A stretch of DNA of 64,000 bases from Candidatus Latescibacterota bacterium (GTDB taxonomy: Bacteria > Latescibacterota > UBA2968 > GCA-2709665). The notes below the pieces were generated by a model. That model did not search any database, was not told where the DNA came from, and was given only the letters and a program-made list of their open reading frames with translations. Made by a program: the position numbers and the translations under genes. Numbering within the stretch: the stretch's first letter is position 1; each line of letters begins with the position of its first letter. The DNA is taken from positions 768,001 to 832,000 of the forward strand of contig OZ252100.1 of assembly GCA_965248435.1 (NCBI GenBank), read 5' to 3'. Positions 58,253 to 64,000 of this stretch are shown here, piece after piece.

Positions 58253-58495
58253 AAGTCCCTCAATGGGTGAAATCCGTATCTCGTATCTCAGACCTAACCC
58301 CCCCGGCCCCCTCCCGCGTCAAGCGCGGGACATGCTTCCCTAAAGGGAAGGGGGGAGTAGCGAGGCTCACAGTGAACTATCGAGTTGATATCGCCGCGGT
58401 GATTGCTCTAACCTTCCCTCCCCCTTCAGGGGAGGCCTGTCCCGAGCCTGGTCGAGGAAGACCGAGGGAGGGGTCCACGAACCACGGTATTTCCC

Positions 58496-59599
58496 CTACC
58501 CCAGCACGAGACTTCGAGCCACTTCCCCGCGTTCGAGCGCGGCATAGGCTTCGTTGATTTGCTCGAGCGGATAAGTACGGGTCAGGAGCTCATCGAGCTG
58601 GAGCTTACCCGCCTCGTGCATCTCGAGCAGATTCAAGATGTCGATCCTCGGGCGCGACGAGCCATACACCGAGCCCATGAGCGTCTTCTCGCTATACACC
58701 ATCTCGTTGGCGTTGATGCTCACCCGCACATCGGCAGGCGTCACCCCGATCACGACGGCCGTCCCCCCCCTACGGATGGCTGCATACGCCTGTTCGATGG
58801 TTTTGGCCAGACCGATGGCCTCGAAAGCATAATCCACCCCGCGACCCCCGGTAAGTTCCTTGATCACTTCGACCGGATCCTCTTTAGAGCCATCCACCAG
58901 GTGAGTGGCGCCCATCTGCCTGGCGTATTCGAGCTTTTGCGGCGCGATGTCTACTGCGATGATCTTGAGGGCACCCACGATGCGCGCTCCCTGCACCGCG
59001 TTCAAACCGATTCCGCCGCAGCCGAAAATGGCAACGCTGCTCCCGACTTTGACCTTGGCGCCGTTGGCCACGGCGCCCACACCGGTGATCACGCCACAGC
59101 CCAGCAGCGCAGCCTTATCCAGCGGAAAGTCCTGCGGGATCTTCAATACGGCTGCTTCCGGCATCGTAGACAACTCAGAAAAGCTCGAGACGCCGGCGAA
59201 GTGCCGAATCGGTTCCCCATTGAGCCGAAAACGTGTGGTGCCGTCCGGCATCAGCCCGGTGACGCGCACCTGTGTGCCGACGTCGCACAGCGCAGGGCGT
59301 CCACTGCTGCAGTAGTCGCAGATACCACAAGATACTCGCCAGATGAAGATCACGTGATCCCCCTGCTGAACAGAGGTAACGCCTTCTCCAACCTCTTCCA
59401 CGATGCCCGAACCCTCGTGACCCAGGATGATGGGCTTTGGCATCGGCAGATGTCCCTTCATCACGTGGAGATCGGAATGACACACGCCACCTGCGTATAT
59501 GCGGACCAGGACCTCACCGCGTTGGGGCGGGAGCACCTCGACCTGTTCGAGACGCAGCGGCGTCCCTGCTTCATACAGCACAGCTGCCATGGTTTGCAT
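58496..59599 (-). CDS. Zn-dependent alcohol dehydrogenase (class III-like)
   Basis: GVCHSD, GHEG.G, four Zn-binding Cys, GCG..TG.GA, G.GG.G. Confidence 0.92.
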   Translation of the reverse strand: MQTMAAVLYEAGTPLRLEQVEVLPPQRGEVLVRIYAGGVCHSDLHVMKGHLPMPKPIILGHEGSGIVEEVGEGVTSVQQGDHVIFIWRVSCGICDYCSSGRPALCDVGTQVRVTGLMPDGTTRFRLNGEPIRHFAGVSSFSELSTMPEAAVLKIPQDFPLDKAALLGCGVITGVGAVANGAKVKVGSSVAIFGCGGIGLNAVQGARIVGALKIIAVDIAPQKLEYARQMGATHLVDGSKEDPVEVIKELTGGRGVDYAFEAIGLAKTIEQAYAAIRRGGTAVVIGVTPADVRVSINANEMVYSEKTLMGSVYGSSRPRIDILNLLEMHEAGKLQLDELLTRTYPLEQINEAYAALERGEVARSLVLG

Positions 59600-59616
59600 C
59601 GTTCATGCCTCCCGTT

Positions 59617-60021
59617 TCAAACCGTTTGACTGATTTCGAACAAATGGCCATCAGGGTCCCGAAAAAAGCACCGGATCTCTGTATCCCAATCAACGGGCGG
59701 GGTTAAAAATTCAGCGCCTCTTCCCTTGAGAATTTTATAAGCCCCATAGCAGTCGGGGACTCGAATCGTTATAGCGTGGCTGACAGAGTTTGGATTCTCC
59801 GGCGCTTTGAACGTAACCTCGGGTTTGTCCCTGGTCGGGCCACCCCCGGTAACAATCAGCAGCCAGCTGCCCTGGAAACTGAAAACTGAAGAGGTCCCAC
59901 CATATTCGCGATATAGCTCCGCCCCGAGGATGTTTTGGTAAAACTGTTTGGATGCTTCGAGGTCACTCACGACCAGGATGTGAGTCATTTCCATGCCGTC
60001 GATCGGAAAGCTGCCCTCCAT
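59617..60021 (-). CDS. VOC/glyoxalase family protein
   Basis: H.LVV.D...S..FY..ILG; FFRDPDGHLFE. Confidence 0.88.
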   Translation of the reverse strand: MEGSFPIDGMEMTHILVVSDLEASKQFYQNILGAELYREYGGTSSVFSFQGSWLLIVTGGGPTRDKPEVTFKAPENPNSVSHAITIRVPDCYGAYKILKGRGAEFLTPPVDWDTEIRCFFRDPDGHLFEISQTV

Positions 60022-60238
60022 TCATCTTCTCCTCTCAAACATCATGAATCGGGCCAACGTAATACCTGGTCTAATTCCAGAGGTCGCAGTAATGGCTGAA
60101 TATGAGGAATATACTAAAAAAGCCTCCCTTTGGGGGAAGCTTGGATGCCGCTTGGCTTGGAAGCTCTCTGCCCAGCCAACCACAATCCTTAGGCCCCTCC
60201 TCGCGCATCTCACCTAGAGTTTGCCCATCGAGTTAGAG

Positions 60239-60592
60239 TTAGTCGACCCGCTCAAACTGTGCATAGATAACGCGCTTGATGTCCAACAGGTTGGTCACCT
60301 TTCCGAAAAGTTCGTCGATTCGCTGATCCGAATCGACCCTGGCCATCACCTCTTCGTGATGAGCGCTATCCTTGTATCGGCTGAGACCCATGAAAATCTT
60401 CTCATTCTTCTTTATCTCGAGTTCGTCTGCAAAGACTTTGCACCCGTGTCTCGAATCCAGGTCCACGGGTGCAAGGGTTTCGTCCTCTAACGCTCCGTGT
60501 TCTCGGTAAATCGTGCTCGCTTCCCGCTGCAGGGACAAAAAGGCGCCGATGTTCTGTTCCGGGACTCGAAAGAGGTAGACTAGCGTAAACAT
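60239..60592 (-). CDS. DUF1428-like protein
   Basis: VP....Y.EHGAL, Y....H...V...V..D. Confidence 0.6.
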   Translation of the reverse strand: MFTLVYLFRVPEQNIGAFLSLQREASTIYREHGALEDETLAPVDLDSRHGCKVFADELEIKKNEKIFMGLSRYKDSAHHEEVMARVDSDQRIDELFGKVTNLLDIKRVIYAQFERVD

Positions 60593-60807
60593 ATTCTATC
60601 CTTCCTCCAATCTGTCTTTCTGACATTCCGATTTCGCCAAATCCCAACATCTCGTCCATCGAATCGGCCTTCCATAATCTAAGTAAAGGCACCCCCTTAC
60701 GTGAACCCTTTTCGTCTGAGCGGACCCCAGCCAAGACAAAAAGAGAGGCCGTGAGTCCTGCTCACGACCTTTTCGTTTGCGTTAGTCCGCTCTTCTTCGC
60801 TTTTAGC

Positions 60808-61923
60808 TCACGTTCTATCCCTTTGGCCCATCTTCCGCCTCCATACGATTCCCTCTTCCAATATCTTGAACTCGCCGTTTGTCAGCGCCTGGGGCCTGAG
60901 CGGAAGCTCCTTCTTCCTTCCCTTGAAATCCACAGTCTTCAGAATGAACGAGCCGTTATCCGCTTCTGTCCTTGCTTCAGCCACCTGCTTCTCAATCTCG
61001 ATCGTGCCTTGCGAGGTCTCCTCAAATCCGTGGATCTTCAGAATCTGCACAAACACCTTCTCCATTACCTGCGCCCCGACTGTCAGCTTGTTGCTCGTCC
61101 CTTCTTTGAGTTCTTTCAGAATCCCCTTCCGGCGTTCCGAAACCTCTTTGTTCGCCTCGCACAGCTTGTCTTCCTGTCGCGTCATGAGTAGACATTCGCG
61201 CAGGTCGCTGATCAGCTTGAAAAATATCTTTCGTCGACCCGGGTTTCTGCTAATGTAGTCCTTGTTCGACCGCGTAAGTTGGCTGACGACGATCTTTAGA
61301 AAGAATTCTTCCAGGACCAGATCGACCTCTGATTCTTCTCGCGCCGAAAGCGTTCTGTAGAATGGATTGAGGTCTATGCTCAGCCCCTGCTTCGTCTGGA
61401 CCAGGATATCTCCCAGGCGAAGGTCCAGCTGCTGATAATCTCTCACAAAACTTCGCGCTTTGGATCGGCTTCGAACTTTGGATTCATCAATCTGCGACTG
61501 GATCCTTCGAACTTCCTCCCTGACTTTACCCAACAAGCCGATTTCCCTTGAACGACTTCCTACATACACATCTGTATTGGACAAATTTCCGCCTACTTCA
61601 ACATCCGAATCGGAGAAGATCTTGCTGTCTCCGACATCCCCCTGAGCGACAATATTGTGTCCGCGGATCTTAGCGAATGAGGCAGAACCCTGCAGCACGA
61701 CATCGCCTCCCCCTTCCACGACACATTGACCACGCGGCGACCCGGCGACAGCTCCCCGGATCACGATGTCGTGCTTCCCTCGAATTACACTTCCCGCATA
61801 GACATTCCCGTTCACTTCACCATCTTTGTCACCGAACTCGACAACACCCCCATCGAACGTGACTTCGTTTGCAAACTGCACTTTGCCAACTGTTTCGGGC
61901 GTTTCTTGCTCGGGATTTTCCAT
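60808..61923 (-). CDS. Hypothetical protein (beta-helix-like N-terminus plus coiled coil; DUF342/FapA-like)
   Basis: Repeated V.G.V/I.G motifs followed by a coiled coil. Confidence 0.5.
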   Translation of the reverse strand: MENPEQETPETVGKVQFANEVTFDGGVVEFGDKDGEVNGNVYAGSVIRGKHDIVIRGAVAGSPRGQCVVEGGGDVVLQGSASFAKIRGHNIVAQGDVGDSKIFSDSDVEVGGNLSNTDVYVGSRSREIGLLGKVREEVRRIQSQIDESKVRSRSKARSFVRDYQQLDLRLGDILVQTKQGLSIDLNPFYRTLSAREESEVDLVLEEFFLKIVVSQLTRSNKDYISRNPGRRKIFFKLISDLRECLLMTRQEDKLCEANKEVSERRKGILKELKEGTSNKLTVGAQVMEKVFVQILKIHGFEETSQGTIEIEKQVAEARTEADNGSFILKTVDFKGRKKELPLRPQALTNGEFKILEEGIVWRRKMGQRDRT

Positions 61924-61951
61924 TGTGCTGCGTCCTACTTTCACTGTTGAT

Positions 61952-62341
61952 TTACGAGGCCAGCCCTCGAATAGCCGAGCGACCCTCAGCGAGGTCATTG
62001 CTCATTCGTATGAGGTCTTGAATCATATCGACTCGGAAGGGCTTGGAAATTACGAGATCTGCAAACTTCATCTCTTTGTCGGTTACCTGCCCGGTATACC
62101 CGGATACAATGGCAATCACACACGTAGGAAGGAGGCCCCGAATCACGGAGAGAATGTCCAGACCACTCACTTCCGGCATCGCAATGTCGAGGGTAACCAG
62201 GTCGTAGGCCGCCTGAACCGCAAAGCCCAATGCCTCTTCACCATTTGTTGCCAAATCCACCTTCTTGCATCGAGTCGTTTCGGCCATCTTGGCCAACACA
62301 TCCCGCACCACTTTGTCATCATCTACGATCAGCATGTTCAT
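61952..62341 (-). CDS. Single-domain response regulator
   Basis: LIVDD, LDI.MP..G, SG, KPF. Confidence 0.9.
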   Translation of the reverse strand: MNMLIVDDDKVVRDVLAKMAETTRCKKVDLATNGEEALGFAVQAAYDLVTLDIAMPEVSGLDILSVIRGLLPTCVIAIVSGYTGQVTDKEMKFADLVISKPFRVDMIQDLIRMSNDLAEGRSAIRGLAS

Positions 62342-62658
62342 GCTATTCCCTCTATGCTCGATTCCGCAACAGCTGCACGGCAATAAAAAACCGGAGGCGC
62401 CGCCATCCTCTAAATAGAAACGCCTCCGGCATCCCCAACCTGCCTATGACAGCAAGCCGAGCATAATTATTTAGATTTTTAACATTCAGATCTCAGCAAA
62501 TGAATTGGCGCTGCGCTTTTTAGGAATCTACCCCCGGCATTTTGCATGTGCAACTTTAAAAGTGTCCAAAAATGTGCAGTTTGTCCGCCAACAGGCACAA
62601 AGAAAGGCACTAACCTCGCGAGTCAGCGCCTGAACCGGCAATCGATCGGTGTCTTTCA

Positions 62659-63357
62659 CTAAATGGGCCTGCGGAACTCTCTAGGCGACCTGCCTTCCAA
62701 TCTTTGGAAAGCAGATGTAAGTTGGCGATAGTTTTTGAAGCCGGAATCCTCGGCAATCCTGTAAAGCGGTTCATCACTGGCCCGGATAAGCGCCTTTGCC
62801 TTCCTCACACGATAGTAAGCCAACCGTCTTCTAAACGTCGTTCCGACGTTGTCCTTAAACAACCTCGATGCATACCTGCGCGAAATTCTAAAGTTTTTAC
62901 ATACTTCACCCAAAGTCAACTCAGAATCTGACGAATGGGCCTTCAAGAACGCATCCAGCCGCTCTGCGAGTGCATGTTGCGTTGGATAACGCTTTGCAAG
63001 CAGCCTCTTGATCGCATTCTTGAATTCATCCACATCGAGGGGTTTCGTCAGGAAGTCCTGGGCCCCTTCTTTCATTGCGAGAACAGCGCCCGATACGGTC
63101 CCATAGCCCGTCAGAATAAGCACATCAGTTTCAATTCCTCCCTTTTGCATAGCCCGCAAAACCTGCATGCCCTCGAGATTCGGCATCTTGAGATCCAACA
63201 CCGCTACATCGAAACACTTGTCAGATAGAAGGTCGAGAGCTTCTTGCCCGTCTCTGGCATATTCGACGGACCAGGGTTCCGAGTTCAGTACGCGTTCGAT
63301 GACCGTCAACACGACGGGCTCATCATCTGCGACGAGAATGCTGGGCTGCGGCATCAA
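62659..63357 (-). CDS. Response regulator with AraC HTH
   Basis: LVADD, DLKMP, TG, KP; C-terminal IA..SGF.....F....G.SP..FR. Confidence 0.9.
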   Translation of the reverse strand: MMPQPSILVADDEPVVLTVIERVLNSEPWSVEYARDGQEALDLLSDKCFDVAVLDLKMPNLEGMQVLRAMQKGGIETDVLILTGYGTVSGAVLAMKEGAQDFLTKPLDVDEFKNAIKRLLAKRYPTQHALAERLDAFLKAHSSDSELTLGEVCKNFRISRRYASRLFKDNVGTTFRRRLAYYRVRKAKALIRASDEPLYRIAEDSGFKNYRQLTSAFQRLEGRSPREFRRPI

Positions 63358-63646
63358 GCGACTCCGGTAATTCCTGTGTTAAGACCGAAAAACGAACTTC
63401 GTACGGAATATAGATCTTTTCTCATTCAATCTCCCGAGTTTATGACTTTAGATTTGTGATAAGTATCACACGCAAGTTTCAGTGGTCTACGACACTTCCG
63501 TTTTGCACATCATTGTGCACTTTATACAAGTATGTGCACAATCAGACATCCCGGCCGACGTCGTGACAAACAAAAAGGCCTGGGACTGAAGTCCTCGGCC
63601 GTGAGTGATTCCCCTGCTCGAACCTTGTGGTTTCCTTCGAAGGGAC

Positions 63647-64000
63647 TCAAAGGACCAGCCTGAAGGCACCCTCCGCCCTGCAAACGCCATTGATCATGGC
63701 TTCAATCCGATGGATACCCGCATAGTGCCTCCGAGTAGAAAAGTCCTCGAAACACTGTGCTTTGCAGATTTCCACTTCCTCGCCCGGCTGCAACACGAAC
63801 TCCTTCAACTTGAAGACCTTGGGAGACAGGCTGCCCGATTTCTTTACGTAATGGACCTTGTAGTCTACCGCGAGCACCTGAGGCCTCTTCGATCCGGACT
63901 TCAGCGCGAGAGAAAAACGCAGCTCCTGACCCAACTTTATCCTCTTCGCGCTCAATTTAAGTCCACGCACCGTAACCTTCGGCCTTCGCTCGAAGCCCAA
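63647..64000 (-). CDS. C-terminus of DNA alkylation repair-family protein (partial)
   Basis: DY.VHY.K..G..SPKVFKLK..TRRHY.G.H....NG. Confidence 0.75.
   Translation of the reverse strand: MGFERRPKVTVRGLKLSAKRIKLGQELRFSLALKSGSKRPQVLAVDYKVHYVKKSGSLSPKVFKLKEFVLQPGEEVEICKAQCFEDFSTRRHYAGIHRIEAMINGVCRAEGAFRLVL

Overview
Bacterial chromosomal window of moderately high GC. The left ~14 kb is core genome with the conserved tadA-tRNA-ffs-dnaX-ybaB-recR synteny, followed by pgsA/pgpA, and includes four tRNAs and a large (Alu-type) SRP RNA. From tRNA-Asn (14122) onward the window is a mosaic accessory region: integrase/att remnants, an IPCT-DIPPS-HAD fusion, solo attC-like sites, three type II TA pairs, a type I R-M locus interrupted by a RAYT, a TRAP transporter and many hydrolases. 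Nearly all genes from ~26 kb to 64 kb lie on the minus strand. Three non-coding signals stand out. (i) Cassettes bounded by inverted 7/8-bp tandem arrays: two enclose four-helix-bundle (23S-IVP/Avd-like) genes, one of them a pseudogene missed by the ORF track, and others are empty. (ii) A co-oriented hairpin family (AAGGTCGCGAG..CTCGCGACCTT) punctuates the accessory region into modules. (iii) A diverged two-copy structured element carries nested REP-like inserts. All calls were made by eye from motifs; no database searches were run.
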